From Gammaproteobacteria bacterium (lineage in GTDB: Bacteria > Pseudomonadota > Gammaproteobacteria > CBDBNL01 > JAAOII01), in contig OZ242372.1 in NCBI GenBank assembly GCA_965209035.1, positions 1,440,001 to 1,504,000 of the forward strand: DNA of 64,000 bases. The letters are read 5' to 3'. Positions 7,841-18,556 of the stretch are shown here, piece after piece; within the stretch, counting starts at the first letter, position 1, and each line of letters starts with the position of its first letter. The notes under the pieces were generated by a model that had not been told where the DNA came from, did not search any database, and was given only the letters and a program-made list of their open reading frames with translations. The position numbers and the translations under genes were made by a program.

Positions 7841-10654
7841 ATGACAACGGAACAAACCGGGATAAAACTCCATCCGCGTTTACTTGAAGCCTTGCGGGAA
7901 GATATTCCAAACCCGCCCGCCGTGTTGTTGCCGAGTGGCAGAATGATTCGTCAAATACGGGAAATGTGCGGCGAGCGGTTTGGGATCTGTCCGGAGCCGC
8001 CTCTGTTTGTTGGGGCGGATTGGGTGACAGAACAGGCCCGCCCGTTACTCTACCGGCAGGGCAAGACCTTTCTGGCGGATGACCGGGCGTTTTGGATTTG
8101 GGAAGAGGCGCTTGTCGGCTTACCGCAAGGGACACGCAACATGATCGCACCGGAATTTTTTATTGAGGACGAGGCGCGCACGCGTCTCATTCAACGGGCC
8201 GCGCATGCCCGGCACAGTTTGCATCAACATTGTGCGGAGTTGAGTGCCGATCATTTTTCTTCTGCCGAATCGCGGATGGGCGAATTCTTTTATCGTTGGG
8301 CAAGCGCTTATTTGGAGATCTGTCGTCAAAGAAAGTTGGCGGACAGTGCGGACGTCGAGCGGATATTGAAAGACGCGCTGTCGCGCGGCGCGACGCGCTT
8401 GCCGCCCTCTCTTTGGGTGGGCTTCACCTTGCCCTTGCCGTCCCTGCGGGTTCTTTATGAATTAATTGGCAAGGCCGGCGGCAAATGCGAGAAACTGGAT
8501 AGCGCATTTGTATCGCCAAATCAGAGACGCACTGTCGGCGAGTACCCGAACGAGAAGGCTGAGTTATTCGGCACGGCACGGATGGTGGCAAAACTGCATG
8601 CCGAGATGCCGGATCGGCGCATCGGGGTGGTGATTCCCGACTTGGAAAACCAATGGCGGAGTGTGCGGCGGGTGTTTGCCGAGGCGATGCGACCGGAAAC
8701 TGCAGTCTCTTCCGCGGACCTTCCGTTTGATATTTCCTGGGGTGAGGCACACAACTCCTATCCGCTTGTCGGCGACCTCCTTGCCCTGTTAGAAACCGAT
8801 GATGCTCTTCGCCCGTTGGAAAGTTTCTTGCATTTGTTTGTATCGCCTTACTTGCGAGGCCATGCGGCGGAGCGAGTTGGCCGCAGCCGTTTGAAAGATC
8901 GCCTGCTGAACCTGAGCGAAAGTCATCGTTATTTTAGATTGTCCCGGTTGGCGAAAAAGACGGATAGCGATTCCCGGCAGGCGAGCTCGCTTGCCAACTG
9001 CAAGTTGTTGTGCGGTGTCTTGCGAAGCTATCTTGCCGTCCCGCATGCCTTCGCGGAGAGTGCGTCACCGGCGGCCTGGGCGGAGATTTTTATGAAACAG
9101 ACACGCGCCCTGGGCTGGGGAGCGGAGGTGAAATGGAGTTCGCGCGAGGTTCAGGTTTGGGACAAGTGGCTGCGGGTTATGGATAACCTCTATGCGGCCG
9201 GGTCGGTCAGGGAAGTCTGCTCGCGACGCGATGCCTTGCTGTTTTTGCGCCGCCAAACGGACGAGGTGTTTCAGCCGCGCTTACGCTCCTCGGCGCGGGT
9301 GCATCTGCTGAGCATCAATTCCGCCCGCGGTCTGGGTTTTGATGATTTGTTTCTTTGCCGTATGCACGAGCATGCTCTGGCACGGCCGCAGCCGAACTTT
9401 TTTGTTCCTTACAAACTGGCGCGTGTCCTGGGTATGCCCTGGGCGAGCCGCGAACACCGACAACGGGCGGATGAAGATCTGCTACGACAACTCGGTTATG
9501 CGGAAGACATTCGCATCAGTTATGCGGCAACCGCGGACGGCGAGGAGAAGAGCATTCATCCGCTGCTGCTGCCGGCAGGAACCGAGATCGCTCGCCGGGA
9601 AAACGAGTGGCACGGCACATATGCGCCGCAGGATTTTGAAGAATTGGAGGATATCTGCGCGCCCCCGGTGCATCACGAGAAGGAACTCAAAGGCGGATTG
9701 ATTGCGTTGGTAAAAGAGCAGGCGGCATGTCCCTTTCGGGCATTTGCTATGGTGCGACTGGGTATTAAGACCCCGCCGTCTTTGGTGCGTTGGGTCACGC
9801 CGCAACAGCGCGGGAGTTTGCTGCACGCCCTGCTGCGCAATATTTGGGAAGATCTTGCCGACTTGAAAACACTGCGCGAGATTACGGACGAAGAACTGTC
9901 GGCGCGTATTGACAAGTCCGCGACCGCTTTGCTAATAAAGAGCACGCGAAGACTGGTCTTTTTACGCGACGAGATGATTCGCACCGCGGAGAAAAGATTT
10001 TTGACCGAGATGGCGGAGATGCTTTTGTTGTGGGAAAAACACGAACGCAGCAAGGGCTTTGATGTGGATCTGCTGGAAGAAAAAACATCCGCGGGCGTGC
10101 GGGAGCTTCCGCCCTTGGCAACCTTGGTATCCGATGCCGAGGGCGGAAGTCGGTTTGAACTGCGAGTTGACAGAATGGATGTTTTTGAAAAAGGCAAACT
10201 GTTGATTGATTACAAGACATCGCGCAATATTTCTTCCGCCAATTTGAGAGGAGCAAGGCCGCGCGAACCGCAGTTAATTATCTATTCTTTGGCACTCAAA
10301 GACATTAAAGGATTTGGTTTTGTGTCTTTTTCGCTGCGCGAGGGAGTCAAAACCGACGGCTATGCGATGTTTGATAACGAACTGTTTCCTGTGTCGCCGA
10401 CCAAAGACGCCGGACAGTCGCCGCACATTCGGTTGCCCAAAAAGACCTGCCTGATTTCCCCGGCGGAATTGGAAAAGATGCAATTGGCGGTGAAGAATCT
10501 TCTTGCCGAACATCTGCGGGGACAGGCGGCCGTGGATCCGCGCGAGGCGGCCGACTGCCGTTATTGCGGTTATGCGTCCTTGTGTCGTATCGGCGAGAGC
10601 GCGAAAATTATGAATGACGGTATGGAAGCCCCGGCTAATTCCCCGGCCAACTAA
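7841..10654 (+). CDS. AddB/RexB-like PD-(D/E)XK nuclease DNA repair protein with Fe-S Cys motif
   Basis: QAACPFRAFA, RGSLLH, RVDRMD...LIDYKT, QLIIY, CRYCGYASLC. Confidence 0.85.
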   Translation: MTTEQTGIKLHPRLLEALREDIPNPPAVLLPSGRMIRQIREMCGERFGICPEPPLFVGADWVTEQARPLLYRQGKTFLADDRAFWIWEEALVGLPQGTRNMIAPEFFIEDEARTRLIQRAAHARHSLHQHCAELSADHFSSAESRMGEFFYRWASAYLEICRQRKLADSADVERILKDALSRGATRLPPSLWVGFTLPLPSLRVLYELIGKAGGKCEKLDSAFVSPNQRRTVGEYPNEKAELFGTARMVAKLHAEMPDRRIGVVIPDLENQWRSVRRVFAEAMRPETAVSSADLPFDISWGEAHNSYPLVGDLLALLETDDALRPLESFLHLFVSPYLRGHAAERVGRSRLKDRLLNLSESHRYFRLSRLAKKTDSDSRQASSLANCKLLCGVLRSYLAVPHAFAESASPAAWAEIFMKQTRALGWGAEVKWSSREVQVWDKWLRVMDNLYAAGSVREVCSRRDALLFLRRQTDEVFQPRLRSSARVHLLSINSARGLGFDDLFLCRMHEHALARPQPNFFVPYKLARVLGMPWASREHRQRADEDLLRQLGYAEDIRISYAATADGEEKSIHPLLLPAGTEIARRENEWHGTYAPQDFEELEDICAPPVHHEKELKGGLIALVKEQAACPFRAFAMVRLGIKTPPSLVRWVTPQQRGSLLHALLRNIWEDLADLKTLREITDEELSARIDKSATALLIKSTRRLVFLRDEMIRTAEKRFLTEMAEMLLLWEKHERSKGFDVDLLEEKTSAGVRELPPLATLVSDAEGGSRFELRVDRMDVFEKGKLLIDYKTSRNISSANLRGARPREPQLIIYSLALKDIKGFGFVSFSLREGVKTDGYAMFDNELFPVSPTKDAGQSPHIRLPKKTCLISPAELEKMQLAVKNLLAEHLRGQAAVDPREAADCRYCGYASLCRIGESAKIMNDGMEAPANSPAN

Positions 10655-10708
10655 AGACGATTAAACCCGCTATTTAATTTTAATTTCATTTAGTTTCATA
10701 CCACTTTA

Positions 10709-11950
10709 ATGTTTCGTCCCCTGTCCTTGTTTATCGGCTTGCGCTATATGCGCGCGAAAAAGCGCAATCATTTTATTTCGTTTATTTCCGTGTTCGCTAT
10801 TCTCGGTTTGTTGATCGGCACCTCCGTTCTCATTTTGGTTCTGTCCGTGATGAACGGGTTTAATCGCGAAATCAATCAGCGCATTCTCGGTGCCGTGCCG
10901 CACATTATTTTGCATGCCAGAACGCCGCTTAAGGACTGGCAAACAGCGGCCCGGTCCGTAGAATTCCTGCCGGGTGTGGAGGAGGTCGCCCCTTTTCTGA
11001 GAATGCAAGGGATGTTAACCTCGGGCGGTCGCTCGGCGGCGGTTCTGGTGATGGGTGTGGATCCGCCGTTTGAAGAAAAGGTGTCTATTGTGGATGACTT
11101 TATGACCCAAGGCGAGTTGGGGAACTTGCAACCGGGCGAGTTCGGCGCGGTCTTGGGAAACTTGATCGCCGCCCGGCTGCGCGTTTTTGAGGGCGAAGAT
11201 GTCACCTTGTTCATTCCCCAAAGCACCGCAACCCCGCTCGGCAGTGTTCCGCGGCTGCGCCGGTTTACCGTGCGCGGTGTGTATAACCTGGGTTCCGAAA
11301 TAGACAATACTCTGATTTTGGTGCATCTTGCCGATGCGGCATCTCTGTCAAGATTGAACGGCGAGGCGAGCGGTCTGCGCATTAAACTAAAAGATGTGTT
11401 TGACGCGCCGCGGATGAGCGACTTCTTGCGTCTCAATTACGGCGAAGATTTTTGGGTCGAGGATTGGACCCGAACTTACGGTAACCTGTTTGCCTCTATT
11501 CGGTTGGAAAAGCGATTGGTCGGGCTGCTCTTGTTTTTGATCATCGCAGTGGCGTCTTTTAATATTGTTTCCACTCTGGTGATGTTGGTCACCGACAAGG
11601 AGCGGGACATTGCGATCTTACGCACTATGGGGGCGGGTAGTTCCACCATCCTGGCAATTTTTGTGATCAACGGGGCTCTTTCCGGATTGATTGGCACGCT
11701 GGGCGGTGTTCTGCTGGGGATCATTCTTGCGCTCAATGTTGAATCGTTGGTGATGTTTATAGAGGAAGTTTTCGGCGTGGATTTTCTGAGCGCGGAAACT
11801 TACTTCATAGATTATCTGCCGTCTCAGTTACTCTGGAGTGATGTGTTGACGGTTGCCGGGGCGACATTTTGCTTGAGTTTGCTGGCGAGTATCTATCCGG
11901 CTCTGCGCGCCTCCTACATTCGTCCGGCCGAAGCCCTGCGCTATGAATAA
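10709..11950 (+). CDS. lipoprotein-releasing ABC transporter permease LolC/E family
   Basis: FIGLRY.RAK...FISFIS, SVMNGF, DIAILRTMGA, YPALRAS..RPAEALRYE. Confidence 0.95.
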   Translation: MFRPLSLFIGLRYMRAKKRNHFISFISVFAILGLLIGTSVLILVLSVMNGFNREINQRILGAVPHIILHARTPLKDWQTAARSVEFLPGVEEVAPFLRMQGMLTSGGRSAAVLVMGVDPPFEEKVSIVDDFMTQGELGNLQPGEFGAVLGNLIAARLRVFEGEDVTLFIPQSTATPLGSVPRLRRFTVRGVYNLGSEIDNTLILVHLADAASLSRLNGEASGLRIKLKDVFDAPRMSDFLRLNYGEDFWVEDWTRTYGNLFASIRLEKRLVGLLLFLIIAVASFNIVSTLVMLVTDKERDIAILRTMGAGSSTILAIFVINGALSGLIGTLGGVLLGIILALNVESLVMFIEEVFGVDFLSAETYFIDYLPSQLLWSDVLTVAGATFCLSLLASIYPALRASYIRPAEALRYE

Positions 11951-12788
11951 AAAGAATAAAAAAGACCGGGCAATAGAGAGTGAGGCGAAAGAGAGCGAGG
12001 CACTTTCCGTCCCCGTTCTTGCCTGTCGGCATCTGTGCAAGACCTTTCGTCTGCCCGGTGCGGGGGGCGGCTCAAAAACAAACGCGATTAATGTTTTGGA
12101 TGGGGTGGATTTTGAGCTGCCCGCCGGCCGCAGTGCGGCAATTACGGGTGTGTCCGGGGCGGGGAAGACAACTCTGCTGAGCATTCTCGGCGGCCTGGAA
12201 AAACCGGATGCGGGCGAGGTGTTTGTGAGCGGAACCAATCTGACAAAACTTAATGCGAATCAACTGGCAAGATTGCGCAACGGCAAGATAGGGTTTGTGT
12301 ATCAGTTTCATCATTTGTTGGCGGAGTTTACCGCTCTTGAAAATGTGGCTATGCCGTTGCTGTTGCGCGGCCTGCGCCCTTCGGCCGCCGGCAAAGAAGC
12401 CCTGCATATGTTGGATCTGGTCGGCCTGTCCGCCCGTGCCGATCACAAGCCGGCGGAATTGTCCGGCGGCGAGCGACAACGAGTGGCGGTGGCGCGCGCC
12501 CTTGCGGGTAAACCGATTTGTGTGATGTTGGACGAGCCGAGCGGGAACCTGGATACCCGCACGGCGACGGAGATGCACGAATTGTTGGTGCGTCTGAATC
12601 GGGAGTTGGGTGTGGCGATGCTCACAGTGACCCATAACACCGGGTTGGCAGCTATGATGAAGGAACAATATGTGCTGCAAAACGGGAATCTCTTGCGGGT
12701 GCGGCGCAAACAGAAGCAACGGCCGGAACCAAAAACAAAAACCGGCACTGTGTCAAAGATTTTGCGGAGACCTCAAAAAGATAACTAG
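11943..12788 (+). CDS. lolD: lipoprotein-releasing ABC transporter ATP-binding protein
   Basis: GVSGAGKTT, GFVYQFHHLL, LSGGERQR, DEPSGNLD; follows lolC/E. Confidence 0.93.
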   Translation: MNKKNKKDRAIESEAKESEALSVPVLACRHLCKTFRLPGAGGGSKTNAINVLDGVDFELPAGRSAAITGVSGAGKTTLLSILGGLEKPDAGEVFVSGTNLTKLNANQLARLRNGKIGFVYQFHHLLAEFTALENVAMPLLLRGLRPSAAGKEALHMLDLVGLSARADHKPAELSGGERQRVAVARALAGKPICVMLDEPSGNLDTRTATEMHELLVRLNRELGVAMLTVTHNTGLAAMMKEQYVLQNGNLLRVRRKQKQRPEPKTKTGTVSKILRRPQKDN

Positions 12789-12851
12789 TCTTTTGGGCTT
12801 TCCATATAATGAGAGAAAATTAACTGTCTAAAAATATTTCTGATAACAAAA

Positions 12852-13856
12852 ATGACAAAAATAGCAATTAACGGCTTTGGCCGTATAGGAAGAATGGTTT
12901 GCAGAGCCTGGTTGGAATCTGCTCATAAAAACACACTGCAATTGGTCGCCATTAATGATTTGGTGAGTGCCGAGACATGTGCGCATCTCTTAAAGTATGA
13001 TTCCGTTCACGGTAAGTTGGATATGGATGTGCGTGCGGACGGAGACGGTATTGTGATGGGAGGCACTCGCGTTCAATTGGTTTCCGTGCCTAACCCGAAG
13101 GATTTGCCCTGGAAAGAAGTCGGGGCGGACCTGGTGTTGGAATGCAGCGGTCGGTTCACCACGCGCGCATCGGCCGGCGCGCATCTGGAGGCGGGCGCAC
13201 AGCGTGTGATTATCTCGGCACCGGCAACAGACCCGGACATCACGGTGGTGTTGGGGGTCAATCATAAAAAAATTACAGCCGAACACAAGGTGATTTCCAA
13301 CGCTTCTTGCACCACAAATTGTCTGGCGCCTTTTGTCAAGGTGTTGCAAGCGGAATTGGGGATTAACAAAGGCTATATGACGACGGTGCATTCTTATACG
13401 GGAGATCAGGTGACCGTGGATACGGGGCACAAGGATTTGCGCCGTGCCAGAGCGGCCGCGTTGAATATGATCCCAACTTCTACCGGGGCGGCCAAGGCGG
13501 TTGGGTTGGTATTGCCGGAATTGAAGGGGCTGTTGGATGGCTGTGCGGTGCGTGTGCCGACGGCAAATGTTTCCATGGTGGACCTGACTTTTGAGGCGGC
13601 GCGCAAAACCGATGCGGATGAGATCAACGGGATGATGAAGTCGGCAGCTGCCGGCGAGCTAAAGGGCATTTTGGCGGTGAATGAGGAGCCTTTGGTGTCT
13701 CAGGATTTTTGCCACAATCCGTATTCTTCGATCTTTGATGCCACCCAAACCCGGGTTGTCGGCGGCAATTTTGTGCGCGTTCTTTCCTGGTATGACAACG
13801 AATGGGGTTTTTCCAATCGGATGGTGGAACTGGCGGCGTTTCTGGCGAAGTCTTAG
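12852..13856 (+). CDS. gap: type I glyceraldehyde-3-phosphate dehydrogenase
   Basis: INGFGRIGR, ASCTTNCLAP, WYDNEWGFS. Confidence 0.97.
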   Translation: MTKIAINGFGRIGRMVCRAWLESAHKNTLQLVAINDLVSAETCAHLLKYDSVHGKLDMDVRADGDGIVMGGTRVQLVSVPNPKDLPWKEVGADLVLECSGRFTTRASAGAHLEAGAQRVIISAPATDPDITVVLGVNHKKITAEHKVISNASCTTNCLAPFVKVLQAELGINKGYMTTVHSYTGDQVTVDTGHKDLRRARAAALNMIPTSTGAAKAVGLVLPELKGLLDGCAVRVPTANVSMVDLTFEAARKTDADEINGMMKSAAAGELKGILAVNEEPLVSQDFCHNPYSSIFDATQTRVVGGNFVRVLSWYDNEWGFSNRMVELAAFLAKS

Positions 13857-13915
13857 TTTGTCTTAATCCTGTTGCATCGCTCATTTGTTAAACGAACGGT
13901 AAACTAGCGGAACCG

Positions 13916-15340
13916 ATGGATCGCCAGGCCAAGATTATTGCCACTTTGGGGCCTGCGACCGACAGCAAGACCGGCATCGTCTCCTTGCTAAAGGCGGGAG
14001 CGGATGTGGTGCGGATCAACTGCTCGCACGGCGACGAAACGGACAGAGAAAGACGGATTGAGATGGTGCGCGCGGCCGCCGCCGATTTGAAACGGCATGT
14101 GGCGGTGATGCTGGATTTGCAAGGTCCCAAGATTCGCATCGGTCATTTCAAAGAAGGGAAAGTGATGTTGCATCGGGGTGCCTCCTTTGTTTTGGATGTA
14201 TCCAAACGCTCGGCGGGCGACCAAGAATCGGTCGGTGTTTTCCACAAGAACTTGCCGAAAGACTGTCGCCCGCAAGATATCCTGCTGCTGGATGACGGGC
14301 GTCTCACCATGCGGGTGCAAAGCGTTAAAGGAACACGCCTTTACTGCAAGGTGATGAACGGCGGCATGCTTTACAGTCGCAAGGGGCTTAACAAAAAGGG
14401 CGGCGGCTTGTCCGCGGGTGCACTGACATCCAAAGACAGATCGGATATTCGCTTTGCGGCAAAAATAAAAGCCGATTATGTGGCGGTGTCCTTTCCGCGG
14501 TCCGCCGAGGATATGAAGACGGCGACACGGCTGCTGCGGGCGGCGGGCAGCGATGCCGGTTTGATCGCCAAGATAGAAAGAGCCGAGGCGGTGATTAATT
14601 TTGATGTTCTGCGCTCCATTGTTCTGGCAAGTGCCGGTGCGATGTTTGCCCGCGGTGACCTGGGAGTGGAAATAGGCGAGACGGCTCTGATTGGCCTTCA
14701 AAAAGATATGATCGCCTTGTGTCGCACTCACGACCGGTTTGTTATCACGGCAACGCAAATGATGGAGACGATGATTGAAAATCCGCTGCCGACTCGCGCC
14801 GAGGTGTTTGATGTTGCCAATGCCGTTTTGGACGGCACGGATGCGGTGATGTTGTCGGCGGAGACGGCAACCGGTCGCCATCCGGACCTGGTGGTGAAGA
14901 CCATGGCGCGCATTTGCCACAGTGCCGGCGGCTATCGCGGCGGTTTTTTTAGTCGCAAACTGCAAGTGCCGGACAAGATCACGGACATCCATCGCGGCAT
15001 TGCCATCGCGGCCGTGCGAGCGGCGCATCGGGTTGAGGGGGTGCGGGCGATGGTCAGTTTGACCGAAAGCGGCAGTACGCCCTTGCTGATGTCCCGTGTT
15101 AGTACGGATATCCCTATTTACGCGCTGAGCCGCCACGAAAAGACCCTGCGGCGAATGGCGATTTATCGCGATGTGGTTCCGGTCTTTTTTGAGCAGCCGC
15201 AAAAGAATGTGGATCAAGCGGTTCTTATTTTCTTAAAAAAGAATAAACTAATCAAAAAAGGTGATAGAATAGTATTTACTTTTGGAGATCAGTGGTTGAC
15301 ACGCGGCTCCACCAACACGCTTCGGATCTTACAAGCATGA
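13916..15340 (+). CDS. pyk: pyruvate kinase
   Basis: KIIATLGPAT, DLQGPKIR, ARGDLGVE, DVANAVLDGTDAVMLSAET. Confidence 0.97.
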   Translation: MDRQAKIIATLGPATDSKTGIVSLLKAGADVVRINCSHGDETDRERRIEMVRAAAADLKRHVAVMLDLQGPKIRIGHFKEGKVMLHRGASFVLDVSKRSAGDQESVGVFHKNLPKDCRPQDILLLDDGRLTMRVQSVKGTRLYCKVMNGGMLYSRKGLNKKGGGLSAGALTSKDRSDIRFAAKIKADYVAVSFPRSAEDMKTATRLLRAAGSDAGLIAKIERAEAVINFDVLRSIVLASAGAMFARGDLGVEIGETALIGLQKDMIALCRTHDRFVITATQMMETMIENPLPTRAEVFDVANAVLDGTDAVMLSAETATGRHPDLVVKTMARICHSAGGYRGGFFSRKLQVPDKITDIHRGIAIAAVRAAHRVEGVRAMVSLTESGSTPLLMSRVSTDIPIYALSRHEKTLRRMAIYRDVVPVFFEQPQKNVDQAVLIFLKKNKLIKKGDRIVFTFGDQWLTRGSTNTLRILQA

Positions 15341-15373
15341 AGCAGGATTAATTAAAAGAAAAAAAATAAAATT

Positions 15374-16291
15374 ATGGACGGACATATATTTGTTCAGCAA
15401 TTAATTAACGGTTTGATTTTGGGTTCCGTTTACGGTCTCATCGCCGTCGGCTATACGATGGTTTACGGCATTATCGGTATGATTAACTTTGCTCACGGCG
15501 ATGTTTATATGATTAGCGCATACCTTGCCGCAATCGGCATTGCCATCCTTGCCTTCTTTGGGATCACTTGGGTGCCTTTGGTCATTCTGTTGGCGTTGGC
15601 TTTTACGGTGCTGGTAACTTCCGTATATGGCTGGACGATTGAGCGACTTGCGTATCGCCCCTTACGCCAATCCACCCGGTTGGCGCCGTTGATTTCCGCC
15701 ATCGGTATGTCGCTGTTTTTGCAAGATTTTGCGCGCGTCAGCCAGGGTGCGCGCGATCAGGGGGTGCCGAGCATGATTGAAGGTGCCGTGCGCATCGGCG
15801 ACAAGAACGATTTTGTGCAGATGACTTATGTGCAGATATTCATTGTCGTTGCGGCGTTTACCGGGATGTTTTTTCTGCACCGCCTGATTAACAAAACTTC
15901 TTTGGGACGGCAGTGTCGCGCCACCCAACAGGACAGGATGATGGCGGAAGTTTTGGGAATTAACACCGACAGAATTATTTCGCTTGTTTTTGTGATGGGT
16001 GCGGCCATGGCGGCCCTTGCCGGTCTGCTGGTCACCTTAAATTACGGGACATTTAATTTTCATATCGGATTTGTGACCGGAATTAAAGCATTTACGGCGG
16101 CTGTGCTGGGCGGGATAGGCTCCTTGCCGGGTGCGATCCTTGGCGGAATTGTGCTGGGGATGTCGGAGTCGTTGTTTTCCGGTCTGATTAATACGGATTA
16201 CAAGGATGTGTTTGCGTTCTTTTTGTTGGTTTTAATCTTGATTTTTAGACCAAGCGGTCTGCTCGGCAAGCCCGAAGTGGAAAAGGTATAG
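15374..16291 (+). CDS. livH: branched-chain amino acid ABC transporter permease
   Basis: YGLIAVGYTMVYGIIGMINFAHG, KAFTAAVLGGIGS. Confidence 0.95.
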   Translation: MDGHIFVQQLINGLILGSVYGLIAVGYTMVYGIIGMINFAHGDVYMISAYLAAIGIAILAFFGITWVPLVILLALAFTVLVTSVYGWTIERLAYRPLRQSTRLAPLISAIGMSLFLQDFARVSQGARDQGVPSMIEGAVRIGDKNDFVQMTYVQIFIVVAAFTGMFFLHRLINKTSLGRQCRATQQDRMMAEVLGINTDRIISLVFVMGAAMAALAGLLVTLNYGTFNFHIGFVTGIKAFTAAVLGGIGSLPGAILGGIVLGMSESLFSGLINTDYKDVFAFFLLVLILIFRPSGLLGKPEVEKV

Positions 16292-16303
16292 GCGCCTGTT
16301 TTT

Positions 16304-17677
16304 TTGGAACCGGAAACTGACATGCAAAAAACACACAACATACACAACACAGGCGACCGGCAGTTTCAAATGATACCCGCGCTGCGGCGTGCGTTGCCCG
16401 ATGCTTTTCTCGCCGGTATGATTGCCATCGTTCTCTTTGGTCCCATTATTGGTCTCGTGTTGGACGGCTACGGCTTGCGTAACAACTTGCCGTTCGCTTT
16501 TGGGATCGCCGGTCTGGTGACCGTGGGCCGATTTTTCTCTTCGTTGTTCTTTCAAACCTCAACGGGAGAGGCCGTTCTGGCAAAATTTGCCGCCGGCAGA
16601 AAAGTTCGGGTAACGGTAGCCGGGGACGAGAAGGCATCCCGCGGGAAGGTGTTTCTTGCCCTGTTTGTGATTTTCGCCTTGGCGTATCCGGTGTTAGCGC
16701 ATCTGGCGCCGGATGCCTTGGGGATTTTTGGCGGTCGGTACGGACTGACCATTGTCATTTTGGCATTAATTTATGTGTTACTCGGTATGGGACTGAATGT
16801 GGTAGTGGGGCTTGCCGGTCTTTTGGATCTGGGTTATGTGGCGTTTTACGCCATAGGCGCCTATTCGTTGACGATCGGCTATGCGGAGTTGGGTTTGGGA
16901 TTTTGGAGTGTTTTGATTATCAGTCCTATTTTGGCCGCCTGTTGGGGGGCGGTGCTGGGCTTTCCCGTTTTGCGTATGCATGGCGATTACCTTGCCATAG
17001 TCACTTTGGGCTTTGGCGAAATTATTCGTCTTGTATTAAACAACTGGATTTCTTTTACCGGCGGGCCGAACGGTATGACCGCGCCGGATGTGACTTTTTT
17101 CAATATTCTTTCGTTTTCGCGCAACGGGTTGGGCGGCTTGCCGCCGTTCCACGAGTTTTTTGGCTTGGAATACAGCAGTATGTACAAGTATATGTTCATT
17201 TATTGGCTGCTGCTGTTTGTGGTTGTCTTGTCTTTTTATATTAAGCAGCGTCTGATTCGCATGCCCGTGGGTCGGGCCTGGGAGGCACTGCGCGAAGACG
17301 AGATCGCTTGTCGTTCGCTCGGGCTTAACCATGTGTTGGTAAAATTGTCCGCGTTTATGATCGGCGCCAGTGTCGGCGGGATTGCCGGCGTATTTTTTGC
17401 CGCTTATCAAAAGTTTGTTAATCCGTCTTCGTTCACTTTTTTTGAATCGGCATTGATCGTTGCCATAGTCGTTCTCGGCGGGCTCGGCTCCACCGTGGGC
17501 GTGGTGATTGCCGCTTTCATCCTGACAATCCTTCCCGAGGTTCTGCGCGAGTTTGCCAATTATCGTGTCATGCTATTCGGCATTTTGACAGTCTTAATGA
17601 TGATCTGGCGGCCGCGCGGTTTTATCACTCCCGTTCGGTTGAAATATCCGAGAATTAAAATCAAGGATGCCGGCTGA
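16304..17677 (+). CDS. livM: branched-chain amino acid ABC transporter permease
   Basis: GLAGLLDLGYVAFYA, LRMHGDYLAIVTLGFGEIIR, GRAWEALREDE; true start may be 16322. Confidence 0.94.
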   Translation: MEPETDMQKTHNIHNTGDRQFQMIPALRRALPDAFLAGMIAIVLFGPIIGLVLDGYGLRNNLPFAFGIAGLVTVGRFFSSLFFQTSTGEAVLAKFAAGRKVRVTVAGDEKASRGKVFLALFVIFALAYPVLAHLAPDALGIFGGRYGLTIVILALIYVLLGMGLNVVVGLAGLLDLGYVAFYAIGAYSLTIGYAELGLGFWSVLIISPILAACWGAVLGFPVLRMHGDYLAIVTLGFGEIIRLVLNNWISFTGGPNGMTAPDVTFFNILSFSRNGLGGLPPFHEFFGLEYSSMYKYMFIYWLLLFVVVLSFYIKQRLIRMPVGRAWEALREDEIACRSLGLNHVLVKLSAFMIGASVGGIAGVFFAAYQKFVNPSSFTFFESALIVAIVVLGGLGSTVGVVIAAFILTILPEVLREFANYRVMLFGILTVLMMIWRPRGFITPVRLKYPRIKIKDAG

Positions 17678-18536
17678 GTCGCCTCTTTTGCGGGTGAGTA
17701 ACCTGGGGATGAAGTTTGGCGGTTTGACTGCGTTGAAGTCCGTTAACTTTGAGGTCGCCAAGGACAGTATCACCGCTCTCATAGGTCCGAACGGCGCCGG
17801 CAAGACAACGGTGTTTAATTGTTTAACCGGCTTCTATCGTGCCACTCGCGGTAGTAATGTTTTTTTGTCTTTTGAAGGCGAACGGGTCGACCTGATGGAA
17901 ATACTGGGCAAGGACTTTGCCCTTGGCGATCTGGTCAATCCGATTTCTTTTTTTAGGATTCTTTTTTATAAGATGTTTGGTGGCACCCATCAAGTGAATC
18001 GCGCCGGGCTGGCGCGCACCTTCCAAAACACGCGGCTGTTTAAGGAAATGACGGCGGCTGAAAATCTTTTGGTGGCACAGCATATGCGGTTGGACCGAAA
18101 CTTGCTAAAAGGTATTCTGAATACCGATTCCTATCGCAAGTCTTTGGAAAATGCCAAAGAAGTGGCGTACGGATGGTTGGATTTTCTCGAACTCGGCGAC
18201 ATTGGCGATCGCCTGGCGGGCGAATTGCCTTACGGGATGCAAAAGCGGCTTGAAATTGCCCGCGCACTTTGCACGGTCCCCCGTTTGTTGTGTTTGGATG
18301 AGCCGGCCGCCGGCTTAAATTCTTCGGAAACCTCGGACCTGAGTAAAATGATTAAAAAACTTCGGGACGAACACGGGGTGACCATACTCATCATTGAACA
18401 CGATATGTATATGGTGATGGAGATTTCCGATAAAATTGTGGTGCTGGATCACGGCGATGTTTTGTTTGCCGGTACACCGGACGAGGTTAAGAATAACCCG
18501 GATGTGATTGCCGCCTACTTGGGCGAGGAAGAATAA
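17667..18536 (+). CDS. livG: branched-chain amino acid ABC transporter ATP-binding protein
   Basis: GPNGAGKTT, RTFQN, LPYG.QKRLEIAR, DEPAAG, AYLG. Confidence 0.94.
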   Translation: MPAESPLLRVSNLGMKFGGLTALKSVNFEVAKDSITALIGPNGAGKTTVFNCLTGFYRATRGSNVFLSFEGERVDLMEILGKDFALGDLVNPISFFRILFYKMFGGTHQVNRAGLARTFQNTRLFKEMTAAENLLVAQHMRLDRNLLKGILNTDSYRKSLENAKEVAYGWLDFLELGDIGDRLAGELPYGMQKRLEIARALCTVPRLLCLDEPAAGLNSSETSDLSKMIKKLRDEHGVTILIIEHDMYMVMEISDKIVVLDHGDVLFAGTPDEVKNNPDVIAAYLGEEE

Positions 18537-18556
18537 AGCACAAAGTACAAAGCATA

